Origin: Cyanidioschyzon merolae
Lineage: Eukaryota
Direction: 5' to 3' (one strand)
DNA length: 64,000 nucleotides
NCBI GenBank assembly: GCA_000091205.1
Contig: AP006495.2
Shown: piece after piece, positions 43,788 to 54,740 of the stretch
Position numbering within the stretch: position 1 is the first letter of the stretch
How the letters are laid out: every line of letters starts with the position of its first letter
Position numbers and translations under genes: made by a program
The notes under the pieces: model-generated
What the model saw: the letters and a program-made list of their open reading frames with translations, nothing else
Databases searched by the model: none
What the model was told of the DNA's origin: nothing

Positions 43788-45093
43788 TCACTGACTGCTT
43801 CTTCCTCCACTCTCTATAGCTCGCACCTCCGGTTTTGAACGCGCGAGTCTCCCTTGTTCCTCTACCTCTGTTGTAAGCAGTCGAAGGACGTTGATGGCAG
43901 CGTTCAAGTCTCGATTTGGCTGCACCCGGCTTCTGTCAGAGCATTTCATGCACAGACGGAAGTAGCGATCTAAGTTTCGGTTGCTATGTTCATCTCCTGT
44001 ATTTTCAGCCTCGATGTGCGATTCGCAGCAGTAACATTTGGCTATTGTTAGGTGTTCCCATATGTCCAACAAAACTCCTTTTCCGGGTGCAGCCCTGTCG
44101 GACGTGACGGTCCGCTTCATCGCTCGATATAATCTCATGACTGGTACAGAATGATCCCCCGGATGCCCTCCTTTGTTTCCACGCGGGTTGCTGTGCACGA
44201 GGATCGCGGATTTGTTCTGGGCAAAATTCTCAGTGAGTAGCCCTTCCTTTCTACGCAAACGGGCAAGCGGATCCATTCGAGAGAGGACTTTTTGGAATGA
44301 TATGTTGTCCGTGATGAATCGGGTATCGAAAGGAAAACCAATGCCGAAGTACAAGCTCAGAAATTTCGGTCCTTCTGTACACAGGTCATGTCAAATGGTC
44401 ACGTATTCTTGAAGTGAAGCGAAAGCTCCAATGACCGAAGTCCGCTTCCATGATTCTTTACCCTAAAAACAAAAAATACTCTAGCGCCGTGGACCAAATC
44501 ACATGAGTGGAACCATGCTATTGTGAAATGCCTTTTCTTTTTCGTCAAAGAGAATGGAAGATCTGTTCTTCGCATGGAATCGATAAATCTTACAGCTGAA
44601 TTCCAGGGATCTTCCGGCATCAGCAGCTGAACAGGTCCTCAGGGAACGACGTTCAGTTTTCCCTTCCTACTATTCAGGGGGCGCGTTTCAGTGTCCACGA
44701 TTTGCCTTGAAACGGAAAGAGCCATGCTTGAACAATTTGCGATTTGAGCATACCACGCGTGAGGAGAAGAAAAGATTGAAGGTTTTTACATATGCGTTGG
44801 AGGATGCTATCGCTTCTTTTACGAATTCTTGCCCGAGCGCTTCGCAACTCACATTGATAAAGGTGAGGTGACGAACTCGAGAGAGGAAGCGTCGAAGGAG
44901 CCACTTCGAAAAGATGACCTGGAATCCTCAGAGTACTTGTGAACCCGTGAGTCCTTAGTGCTGCACATCCAATGTCGAGGATGCACATCGAAAAAGTGCG
45001 GAAAAAATAAGATGGCATAAACAAAGCGAGCGATCTAATGTTCGATTTACCTCTGACACGGACATCGCCATGTGCTCGCTGCGCGAATCTCAA
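43788..45093 (-). mobile_element. Second TnpB-like lineage (family III), degenerate. The 188-aa ORF 43788-44354 carries the zinc finger plus RuvC-III; a possible RuvC-I remnant is near 44980
   Basis: EHLTIAKCYCCESHIEAENTGDEHSNRNLDRYFRLCMKCSDRSRVQPNRDLNAAINVLRL (C-x-CC...C-x-x-C then RDxNAAxN). The upstream ORF 44674-45093 contains MCILDIGCAALRTHG, which is GIDLG-like. The frames are disrupted between these. Confidence 0.45.
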
Positions 45094-45324
45094 GCGACGT
45101 CTTACAAAGCTCGGAAGCTCTTATCTGTCCAGAACATTGCACTCACAGCGCTTCCTCACTATAGTCGACAGTGCCGCTGCTCGTTTAGCGAGAGAGCGAG
45201 AGGAAAATCCTCCCGAAAACATATCACTTCCTAATTTCGGTCTGAAGCAACCGTTTTCGGACTGGTCTGGCAGTTTTTCAAAGAACACGCCATACTTGTC
45301 CCCGGAAATAGTCCGTTGGCTGCC

Positions 45325-46350
45325 ATGTTTACGCTCCAGTACTTGAACCCAGTGCGCGTCAAAGCATCTGTGCGGCAGGGGGGTGTAGCGGTTTGCCGCA
45401 GGGACCAGAGACGCGTGCGGCTTGTGCCTGCGATACATGCGCAACTCTTGCGGAACTTGAAGTATGCGATTCCTGACGAGAAATTCAAACAGTTTGCTAC
45501 CCGCTCCGGCGGGGAGTTTATCGGCTTTGAGGCGTATTTCGATGCGACGACTGGAGAACCGCTCGAAGTACCAGAGCGTTTTGTTCCTCAGGAGTACCGC
45601 GACTGGCACGTTCGTGTGTTCGGTCTCGATGAAAACTACTCAGAGGCTATTGATGGGGCCACGCTTTTTGGCAAAAGGCAGCTTATAGACGTGAAGGTTG
45701 GTTGCCAAGAAGATGCTGTGAGTGCAGAGGCAAAGCATATCACTATAGATCTCAGCAGAACGGATATGCATGCAGTATTCCCATGTGGATGCTTCTCAGC
45801 ACGTCTATCAGCGACCTCAGCACACGATGAGAAAGTTTTGTTCTCTTTAATATTTCGCGATTTGAAAGAGCTGCGTCGCATCCAAATCGAATTCACCGCG
45901 TTTCCGCTGGAGTCGAAGCACCCGTTTGGTCGGGAGATTGTCGTTCGGCGCGAAATGTATGATCAGCCGTTTAACGGGGGGGTTCAGCTCATCGGTTGCG
46001 GCGGCAAAGTTGAGAGCTTCGTTACATTTGAACGCCGGCTAGGTTCACCCCGCGGCCTGCGTCGTCGCATTTGCTCGCTAGACGATCACGTGTCTATGGA
46101 AACGATTCGGGATCTTGCAGGAGATACTCGACAAGAATTTAGAGAGGTACACTTTCTGAGCTTGCCGGCAAACATCAGCGTGCGTCGTTATGCGACGCGC
46201 GATGCAAGTACACTCGTCTATGAGGCTGCTGCTATGATCAGTGATCTCTCGACTGGGCCTGGTCCAGCGCTAGCGCTGGCAAGGAACTACGATGCAAGCA
46301 CTGGCCAATACAAGGGCTCAGAGCTTTTCATCGAATTCTTTGAGAACTAA
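45325..46350 (+). CDS. Hypothetical protein of about 342 aa, with no family recognised
   Basis: Long uninterrupted ORF with coding-like composition. The 3' end overlaps the P5A-ATPase gene by about 23 bp (convergent). Confidence 0.4.
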   Translation: MFTLQYLNPVRVKASVRQGGVAVCRRDQRRVRLVPAIHAQLLRNLKYAIPDEKFKQFATRSGGEFIGFEAYFDATTGEPLEVPERFVPQEYRDWHVRVFGLDENYSEAIDGATLFGKRQLIDVKVGCQEDAVSAEAKHITIDLSRTDMHAVFPCGCFSARLSATSAHDEKVLFSLIFRDLKELRRIQIEFTAFPLESKHPFGREIVVRREMYDQPFNGGVQLIGCGGKVESFVTFERRLGSPRGLRRRICSLDDHVSMETIRDLAGDTRQEFREVHFLSLPANISVRRYATRDASTLVYEAAAMISDLSTGPGPALALARNYDASTGQYKGSELFIEFFEN

Positions 46351-49300
46351 GCGTTGCGAGGTAATGCACAAGAATGTTCCAGATCCAAGCTGCGATAAAG
46401 TCGCCGCTCAGGAGAGCGAAAACAAGCCAACGAGCTTGCCAACTAGGCAACGCTGCGAGCTCCATGTACTGATTCAGTTCGGGCGACACTTCCAGACATG
46501 CAGCAAGCATTAGAAAAGCGCAAGCTAGAAGCGAATATAGCAGGGCCTTGTTCTTCGTTATGCTCTGCATGAATGGTTCGCCCTTGTAATTGACCAGAAA
46601 GACCGAGACCTGCTGCATCGTTGACAGAAGAAAAACGATCGTATTGAGGATATTTGGCGCAAATTCCCCCTTGAGATCCACTTCAAAGTCTGGAGGAAGG
46701 TATGCCTGCGACAGCGCTGTGCAGCATGCAAGCGCGAAGAGGTGAATCGCGAACTGACCCACAAGCGATATGAACAGACTTGGTGTAAACATGGAGCGAG
46801 GGGGACGCTGTGGCGCCAGCCGAGCAAGCGGTTTGCCGCGCGATACAAAATAAAATGCAATTGCGATCAGAATACCGGTAACCGTCATCTGCCGATCACC
46901 AAATTTGACTCCCTCCAAATAAAGCACACTGAGGCTGTACGCAGATATCAGGCAATTCAGAGCAAGAATTTGATACATTTGCAACGTTGTCACCAGCGTG
47001 CAGCGACCTTGTCGGATTATGTCCACACAACTAGCAATGCTCGCTCGCTTAGACGTAAAGGGCGAGGCGATTGATGCATCTCCCAACCGCACAATTGGCA
47101 TCTCGTTATCCAGTTCCAACAGAGAGCCCGACCTAGGTCCATGCGAGGATTCAGAACGTCTGTGGTCCCCATTGTGAGATCTTGTCGAAGTGCTTGCATG
47201 CGCTCGCAAACTGGCATTTGCGGCAGTGGACCCGAGCTGCGGATCCAATGACGGGCGACTCTGTGCAGAGGGCGATCCTAGAGTATCCTGCTTGGCGACG
47301 GATTGTAGCAGCGCCACGCCGACGTGCGCCTGCTTGAGGGCGCCCACGTCATTGGTCCCATCACCACACATTAGGCAGTACATTCCGGCATCCTTCAAGC
47401 TAGTGATAACGAGTTCTTTTTGCGAAGGGGTCATTCGGGCGAAAACTTGGACATATTGAAGCAGCTCCTTCAAGCTCGCGCCACGCATCCGATACTCGTT
47501 CAGCACGTCACCAGTCATCGCCAAATTGTATTCAGAGCCAAGCTTGGGCAACTCAGCAGCCTCAAATTTCCGACTATTTTCGATTTTCCCATGCATGGCG
47601 CGTGACGGCTTCACCCACACAAAATCGCTCGTTGCTGCTTCTCCCGGCCTCGTGCAGAGAATAAGATTCTTCTTCCTACGAGAGCAAATTCCAGTTTCAA
47701 GCGCGACATACAACGCGGTCATGAGCGAGTCACCTGTAATCATCGCCACTAGATGATTTGACTTGCGAAGGGCCTTAATTGCGCCACGGGAATCTGGTCT
47801 CGCAGGACACCGAAAGGCAGCAAAACCTGCAAATTGAAGCTCGCACTCGATCGCACCCCTGCTGAGCCGCCGTATCTCCGCATGGGTCATTTCGGCCGAC
47901 AACTCTTTCGTTGCGAGTGCAATCACGCGCATACCGTCCATCGCGAGTTGGCGATACTGCGCATCATAATCAGGGGGAACCTCCCTCAGGCAACCACGAA
48001 CTGACTCGGGAGATCCCTTGACGAGACTGAGAAGGTACGGTGTCCTGGTAGATTCTCCATCTGATACGGATACGGCTACACTCATCCGCTGAATGGTAGC
48101 ATCGAAACCGTGCCGCTGCAGTATCTGTATACGTGTTCCCCGACATGATCCCTCCCGCGCGTAGACTGTATTGTTGGCACCGAGGGTCCAACCGATTGCC
48201 CTGAAGGCAGCTGACTCGATGGGGTCACCGGAAACCTCTCCGCTCAGGGAAACCAGCGAGTTACAAGCAGCCAAAACCAGTATCGCATGTTTCGGCATGT
48301 TTTCCGCTGGGGTCAGCGAGTCCTGGCCAGTACACAAAAGTCCAGCAAAGTCAAGTCTGTCGACGGTTAGGGTTCCCGTCTTATCAAAAAGGCACACGTC
48401 GAGCATACCGGCGTACGGGATCCGGAACGGTTCTGTGCAGAAAATCCCCATCTTTGCGAGATCCGCAAGCGAGCCCTGAACTGCGAGAGAAAGCTGCATT
48501 GGGAGCTCAGGCGGGATCACCGACGTGATAATCAGCACGCAGTGCAACAACAGTTCATACCGAGATCTTGAAGGATCGCGCAGACCGTGGTGAAGCACGT
48601 ACGCCGAGGCTACTACCGCGAATACCAAAAGAAAAAGAATACAGAGAAAGCTCTCTCGGTTGTTCGCCGAAGCTGTCTGGCTGGAATACATAATCGTGCG
48701 CAACAGTTTTCCCTGTGCAGATCCGAACCCCGTGCGGAGAACGCAACCAACACAGTAATTGCCCGGTGGTGGAGGAATCGAGCCCCAGTCATTTCCTGGG
48801 GTTTCAGTTTGCAAGAGCATTGTCCCGCCGAAAAGGACATGCATCTTGTCCTTGGTTCGCGGTTGAAGTTCCGATCCATTGCTTCCAGCACTTCTGGCCG
48901 CTTCTGATTCCTCTATTCTAAGGGCTTCTTTCATCAGAGGAACAGATTCTCCAGTTAGCAGCGATTCGTTCACAACAACCTTTCCTGCCAGCAAAAGAAT
49001 ATCGCAAGGCACTGCTAAACCCTGGGGACTTGTGCCTAGGGCCACAAGGTCGAGCGGTACTAGCTTATCGGAGAGCACCCGCTTCCATTTGGCGTCCCTG
49101 TATGCGAGCAACGGGTACGGCTGGATGCGCATGTCGCGCAACTCTCGGAGGCTGCGCTGTCGTGATCGGACGACTGTTGCCTCGAAACTAAGCATCATAC
49201 CGAGCGTCATGAGAGAGTACTTCCACATTTCATCGAGACACCACAGAATGACACAGAAAACTTGGAAAGCGAAAAGCGGTGCTGTAAGCTGCTCCTTATA

Positions 49301-49843
49301 GAGCTCCCAGAAACTGGGCATAGGAATTTGCAACCTATTCTGGCCGTACTGTTCGAGCTTTGTAGAGACCTCCGCTGTGCTCAAGCCTTTCACACCCTCA
49401 TGGAGATAGAAGCTCAAGGGAAACTCATCCGGGTACCGCAGCTTGCAGAACCTATGCTCACCATCATCAAAGTAATAACGACGACACTGAAACTCGAAAA
49501 AAAACTTGTCATGCTCTTTTCGAAGTGCTACAATTTCTGGACGGCCACGATGAACCCGCGGCTCGACTAAGAGATGCGTACTTTGAACTAGGTCGCTCGT
49601 GACAAAATAGCCTATTCGACGATCAAAGTGCGCTGACCAAAAGCGGGCCAACCAGCACAAGATCTGTAGGATCACCGCCGCTCCCAGGCACAGAAGCGTG
49701 CTGAACGCACTCCATTGTTTTACCGCGAACAAAACTCCGAGTGTTACGTAGGCGACAAGAAAAGGTTGCACATCAAGACGTTGCCAAAAGCCGCGTTTTT
49801 TTAGCAGGGTAACGCGTGTGATCACTTTTCCGTCCGTTCTCAT
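46328..49843 (-). CDS. P5A-type cation-transporting ATPase (Spf1/ATP13A1 family). The track ORF extends to 49960 (TTG), and the first ATG is at 49843
   Basis: PPELPMQLSLAV (P5A PPELP motif), CLFDKTGTLT phosphorylation site, TGDSLMTA, GDGTNDVGALKQAHVGVAL; N-terminus VTLLKK...QPFLVAY is Spf1-like. Confidence 0.9.
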   Translation of the reverse strand: MRTDGKVITRVTLLKKRGFWQRLDVQPFLVAYVTLGVLFAVKQWSAFSTLLCLGAAVILQILCWLARFWSAHFDRRIGYFVTSDLVQSTHLLVEPRVHRGRPEIVALRKEHDKFFFEFQCRRYYFDDGEHRFCKLRYPDEFPLSFYLHEGVKGLSTAEVSTKLEQYGQNRLQIPMPSFWELYKEQLTAPLFAFQVFCVILWCLDEMWKYSLMTLGMMLSFEATVVRSRQRSLRELRDMRIQPYPLLAYRDAKWKRVLSDKLVPLDLVALGTSPQGLAVPCDILLLAGKVVVNESLLTGESVPLMKEALRIEESEAARSAGSNGSELQPRTKDKMHVLFGGTMLLQTETPGNDWGSIPPPPGNYCVGCVLRTGFGSAQGKLLRTIMYSSQTASANNRESFLCILFLLVFAVVASAYVLHHGLRDPSRSRYELLLHCVLIITSVIPPELPMQLSLAVQGSLADLAKMGIFCTEPFRIPYAGMLDVCLFDKTGTLTVDRLDFAGLLCTGQDSLTPAENMPKHAILVLAACNSLVSLSGEVSGDPIESAAFRAIGWTLGANNTVYAREGSCRGTRIQILQRHGFDATIQRMSVAVSVSDGESTRTPYLLSLVKGSPESVRGCLREVPPDYDAQYRQLAMDGMRVIALATKELSAEMTHAEIRRLSRGAIECELQFAGFAAFRCPARPDSRGAIKALRKSNHLVAMITGDSLMTALYVALETGICSRRKKNLILCTRPGEAATSDFVWVKPSRAMHGKIENSRKFEAAELPKLGSEYNLAMTGDVLNEYRMRGASLKELLQYVQVFARMTPSQKELVITSLKDAGMYCLMCGDGTNDVGALKQAHVGVALLQSVAKQDTLGSPSAQSRPSLDPQLGSTAANASLRAHASTSTRSHNGDHRRSESSHGPRSGSLLELDNEMPIVRLGDASIASPFTSKRASIASCVDIIRQGRCTLVTTLQMYQILALNCLISAYSLSVLYLEGVKFGDRQMTVTGILIAIAFYFVSRGKPLARLAPQRPPRSMFTPSLFISLVGQFAIHLFALACCTALSQAYLPPDFEVDLKGEFAPNILNTIVFLLSTMQQVSVFLVNYKGEPFMQSITKNKALLYSLLACAFLMLAACLEVSPELNQYMELAALPSWQARWLVFALLSGDFIAAWIWNILVHYLATLSSQRIR

Positions 49844-50379
49844 CGGGTGCAGTACAAGTACCGGGTCACGTTCTGCGAGGGATATACGCCGAGCGCCGTG
49901 TTTGTTGTTTACGAACTGTATTGCGCTTTGAGGGACGCGCCTGCAGCTGTTCCCGAACAACTCGGTATATCTGACAGTGTGCGCTTCTCATGGGAAACTG
50001 GTCAGTTTTGCTTGGAAAAGCAGCTCGTTTGGGTGAGTTTGTTCTTGTGCCCTCTGCTTTTCTTGCAGGCAGCCTGCTTTTATGGTCAAGAAGGAGCCCT
50101 AGTGAACGTACGGAAAAAACTGCAAATACGACGAGGACCTGAATGCGAGACAGCCGAGTTGCCAACACGCGACGCTGTGCAATCTTTTTGACGTTGATCA
50201 CGTGATAGAAACCTCATGTCTGGAGCTGACGGCTGCTCTGAGGGCTGAGCAGCGGCTACGGGGTCGCTCGGCAACCTAACGTAGAAAACACGCCGTGCGG
50301 AGCCGTTCTGAGAACTCTTGGCGTCCTACTGAAGGCTCACAGCTTGTAAAGCATTAGAATGATTAGATGAAAATAGTTT

Positions 50380-52500
50380 TTATGTGGAAGCCCCTGAGGG
50401 ATCGTTCGAAACGACGTTGCTGATTGGGAAACGAAAGTCCTCGCTTACCCCCATACTCCACATAAACTTTTCCTGTAGCGCGCGAGGGAATATTCGCTCA
50501 ATAGGAACCTCATGTCTTTTGCACCAAGCAACTGTTATTCGCGGATCTAAATAGTTGATCTTAGAGGTGCTCAACGACACCGTAGCGAGCGAATCCCTCG
50601 TTTTCAGGTCAGCCTCTAGGCGCCTGATTTTTTCCTGTGTTTGCGCTATTCCTCGTGTGATAGACGCGAGCCCCATGTTCACTACCTGTTTTTCTTTCGG
50701 TCGCTTTTCGGCCTCCTCGCGAATGCGCTTTCGCTCAGCGAGGGAGCAGTCCTCGGGAATCTCAACTACTGGCCGTCGCCAGCGTGTTACTTGTGCGCGG
50801 CTGTCTGGAGATGCCTGAGCCTTTCCTCGAGCCATTTTGAGCGCCTCAAGATACGCTCTGCTCTCCTCTAGCTTATCGCGCAGTCTTTCAAGCATTAACG
50901 AATGAGTCTTTGGAAGGGATCGCTGATGGTTACATAATACAGCTACATCTTTGTTCGCCTCATTGTAGAACAGAAGGCGCGAATGAATATCCGGTCCAGG
51001 GGTTTTCACGCTGTGCAAAAGCTTATCAAGGGTGTAAGATGCATTGTAGGTGCGAAAAACTTTCGCAGATAGGCCCGGCATTAGGCTTTTCAAATAGTCA
51101 TTAAGTTCCTCGACTTTCAGTTCGTCGAATACATTATCTGATACTCGTTTTCCTTTCAAGAACTCTCGCAGGCGATGAAAAACTAGCGCTTCGACTCGCA
51201 CTCTGTTAAAGTATCGCATCGAATCCTTGCCGAGAAAGTCGAGCTGCACTATATTAGGCTCTTGAAGGGTTATGTGTTCTACCCGCAGGGAGCAGCAACC
51301 AACAGTGTCCGCTTCGTCTTCTCCTTTCTCGTTCCCGACTCGGAGTGCAAGCTTATCAATAAGATACAGTGCGACGGATCTCTGCTGCGTGTGCCTATCA
51401 GCAGATTCTAATCCTTTCGTGTACTCATTGCGTATCTTCGTGATATGCTTGCTCAGCTGCTGCGCCTTCTCAAATTTTTCTTGATCGCTCATCGCCTTGA
51501 AGTGCGAAGACGCACTCAGCCAGACGTACTTGTACTCATCGGAGATTGGATCTCGCCAGCAAGCCAGCCACGTGACCCTCTGGTTGTGCACGATGGATCC
51601 CCAGTCATGGCCTTTAAATGGACACGGCGGAATAGGTGCGTCACGACCAAGATTCAGTGTGACATCCTCTGGGAATATGCGACGTTTGACTCGGCCCATT
51701 AGCGGATGGTCACCGCGCCCCAGGAAGAGACCCGGAGGCTCGACACGATAATTGGCCACTTTCTCCTTGCGTCCATCAACGATTGCAACCGTGTAATGCG
51801 CAACTCTTTGCGCTTCCGCTTCTCGTAACTCTTTCCGTTTGCTTGGAGGCATGCTTTGTTTTCGTTCTTTCAGCTCGTCGAGATACTCCCGGATACGGCT
51901 GAAGTCACAGTGTTCGAGTTTCACGATGCGCTTCCGTAAATCAACGGGCAAGGTCTTCCGAAAGTCGTCAAAAAAGTTTTTCCGAAATGTTTCCTTTTCT
52001 AAATAAACAGTTCCCAACTTCGACGCATAAAAGGTGGCCACTTCTTCGGCCTCGGGCGGGAGCGCTATTTCGCAGCCATCGTAGAGTAGAGGCCGTCCGT
52101 GCGGTTCATATTCCGGAGGGAATAAGACTCCGTTATGTTCGAGGCTGCACCACTTGATCGATTCATCTTCCGCTCTATGTTTAGTACTTGTTGCCTGCAA
52201 CTTTTTCGCCTTGCGGTGCTTTTCGGCTTTCATTCGTTCGCATTTCCTTTTCGGCGCTTTTCGACATGGTTCGACTTTGCCCTTCCTTCTACTGCACTCC
52301 TTCTTTCTTTCCGTACCAATAAGTAGAGCTAGAGGCAGTTCATCTTCCGAAAGTGCAGCTGAGGAAGACTTCTTGGCAACCTGTATCGACGGTGCGCCGA
52401 AGCCACCTTGTCTGGCAACTGAAACAACTCTCGGCACCGATTCTCCAGAGTTCCCAAGGAGTTCAGAAAGCGGTATCTCGTCAGGGTCCTGCTGATGCAT
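50380..52500 (-). CDS. TOP1: DNA topoisomerase I (type IB). The track ORF extends to 52644 (GTG) through Fanzor copy-3 right-end sequence, and the first ATG is at 52500
   Basis: PPGLFLGRGDHPLMGRVKRRIFPEDVTLNLG, KYVWLSASS, ALYLIDKLALRVGNEKGEDEADTVGCCSLRVEH; active-site region ATVSLSTSKINYLDPRITVAWCKRHEVPIERIF. Confidence 0.9.
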   Translation of the reverse strand: MHQQDPDEIPLSELLGNSGESVPRVVSVARQGGFGAPSIQVAKKSSSAALSEDELPLALLIGTERKKECSRRKGKVEPCRKAPKRKCERMKAEKHRKAKKLQATSTKHRAEDESIKWCSLEHNGVLFPPEYEPHGRPLLYDGCEIALPPEAEEVATFYASKLGTVYLEKETFRKNFFDDFRKTLPVDLRKRIVKLEHCDFSRIREYLDELKERKQSMPPSKRKELREAEAQRVAHYTVAIVDGRKEKVANYRVEPPGLFLGRGDHPLMGRVKRRIFPEDVTLNLGRDAPIPPCPFKGHDWGSIVHNQRVTWLACWRDPISDEYKYVWLSASSHFKAMSDQEKFEKAQQLSKHITKIRNEYTKGLESADRHTQQRSVALYLIDKLALRVGNEKGEDEADTVGCCSLRVEHITLQEPNIVQLDFLGKDSMRYFNRVRVEALVFHRLREFLKGKRVSDNVFDELKVEELNDYLKSLMPGLSAKVFRTYNASYTLDKLLHSVKTPGPDIHSRLLFYNEANKDVAVLCNHQRSLPKTHSLMLERLRDKLEESRAYLEALKMARGKAQASPDSRAQVTRWRRPVVEIPEDCSLAERKRIREEAEKRPKEKQVVNMGLASITRGIAQTQEKIRRLEADLKTRDSLATVSLSTSKINYLDPRITVAWCKRHEVPIERIFPRALQEKFMWSMGVSEDFRFPISNVVSNDPSGAST

Positions 52501-52529
52501 AAACAGAGCACTCACTGCCAGCAACGAAC

Positions 52530-54740
52530 ACTTTAAAAGACAAACGCTGCAGTCTGCAGTGTACACTAGTGACGAGAAACCCGCCCCAGACAAGAACTCT
52601 ACACCTGATGTGCAGACGCCTCCCAGTCTTTTCGGACCGGCCACCCATTGCTACTTCAAATTTTTCTCAGATAGTTCCACTTTGAGGAATTCTCTTACAA
52701 AATTCTTTCGTGTCCACTTTGGATGTCTTCTTTCCATCACCGCACAACTGATGTTAATCGGGGCGTTCAAGTCTGGGTTCACAAACTTCACACGATTCCT
52801 CCCGTTGGTTCTACTCACTAATGCGAGTAGCCCTCGAACTTTCGCCATCCTTTCCATTCGCTCTTCTATAAGCTCTCCGTACTTTTTTATATCCTCAGGG
52901 CTCCGCTGGCACTTTTCCATCTCGACTTTCTGAAGTGTAGACCCCTGCTCATGGTGCGTATAGGACGTTCGGAACTCATCTATCGGTATCGTAACGAAAC
53001 GCCTTGTGCACTCCTTGTACGTTGTTGTTGACGGAGCTGGCGAAGTCCCTTTTTTCGACACCCAGCGCCCTGCTCCGTATGCTACTACGAGCCTCTGACT
53101 TTCATCCTCCTTCAGGGCGCTTAACTAATTGAAAAAGTTCGCGAACACATGCTGCTTCCCGCAGTATAGATTCATTCGCAGACAGGCCCATCGAAACTTT
53201 GTATACTCTTTCCACAGCGCCTCGCAACGGGCAACGAGAACCCCCATGAACTCCCGAAAAGCTTTCAAGTCCGCTCCGCGGCTGGTCACCTCGCTCAAAA
53301 CTTCCAGGTGATACTTCATTCCTGCATTCCAAGTCTCGAATTTCTTACTTGTATTCATGATTCCCGATTCTCGATAGTATCTTGCTCTCGAGATTCTCAA
53401 AAGACGCATATCTTTCTGATGCAAGTTACCGTGAATGCCATCTTCCGCACGCTTGGATACAGCGATGGTTATGATATTCGTGTTCCCTGGGTCTGCGCCA
53501 ACGATAAAGACGTCATCCTGCACTTTCCGCGTTCCAAGATCCTCCCCCTTCTTTTCTACATCCTTCATCATGGGCGATTCCGAACGCATGATAGGACGAT
53601 ACGCCCTCAAGCGCTTGTAGTGTACACACATGGATATTCCATCGGTTTCGATCATCCCCGTGAATATTTTTTGCTCGCTCGTTTTGAGACGTTTCAAACC
53701 GAAGATATTCTTTCAATGAAATATCCGGTTTTCGCCCGTAAACTCGTTCTTGCTGTCATCGAACTCCCGACTGATCATTTCATGATGCTGTAAAGGACTC
53801 TGGAGTCGATTGTTACAAAATGCCACTTGATGTTGCACACCGGAACGACGTTGAAACAGTTCCCTTGAAGCGCAGCCTCCCATTCTACGACACTGCATTT
53901 GCTTCCACACCCTGCTCCATATCGGACTTGCGTTCCATTTCTCGATGCAGGAACACGAAATAGCGCATGAAGGGGGAAAAATATCTTCCTCTCATCTTTT
54001 TTCATGTCTGATACTTTTTTGCTGGATTGACAAGTCCCCAAATGGCATGGTGCTCTTGAATATCCTCACGGATTACAGAACCTCCATTCCTGCTCCTTCA
54101 GAAATCGTTCGAAGTCCATGATCATGTGGTTCTTCGGGTCCGTGAGGTTCTTGGTCGCCCCGTAGAAGCAAATGCGCGAGTCACCCTATGTTGAACGCCA
54201 TTCAAGCATTCAAAAGGGGCGATTTTCATGCAGGACGAGCACTCGAGAGTTTTCCTCGGCATTTCCCTGTACCAAGCATCAGGTGGCGAATGAAGCTCAC
54301 CCTGTAAAATCCTCCGAAGTCTCGCTGTGTTGATGTCCTTGACTTAGTGGTATGTCTCTCTCACAATATGCATCAGTTTTAAAGAAGCGTAAGGAACACT
54401 ACTGGAGCACGACTCGACACGGTTTCTGATGAACACTTGCATCTGTAGCTTCTGCGGACCCTTTTTATGTCCAAGAAGACTGGCTTTCGCAACGATCTCA
54501 TCCTTGCGTCGCCTTTCGTGTAGCTTTTGGCGTCCGGCCTCCAGTTTCTGCTTCTTACTCTTCACTTGCTGCTCTGGTCTCGGCACTGTTTTCCGTTTCT
54601 TGTCGAACTCGGCGGCTCCAGGTCCCCGGGATCCGCGACTTGCATCTCCATATCATTTCTTAGATTATTTATTTCTTCAAATGAACATATTTCGAACATA
54701 TCTGCGATAAACCGTGAAAAAGCATTTGATTACATTTACC
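52530..54740 (-). mobile_element. Fanzor/TnpB-like element, copy 3 (family I), degenerate. Nuclease remnants are at 52651-53061, 53125-53697 and 53775-54041, and the ORF-A remnant is at 54344-54586
   Basis: YKECTRRFVTIPIDEFRTSYTHHEQG...[31 protein letters not shown] and RFNAVP..NIKWHFVTIDSRVL align with copy 1, with frame disruptions and only one 75-bp repeat unit. Confidence 0.65.
52651..54041 (-). pseudogene. TnpB/Fanzor-like nuclease, copy 3, with multiple frame disruptions
   Basis: As above. Confidence 0.6.
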
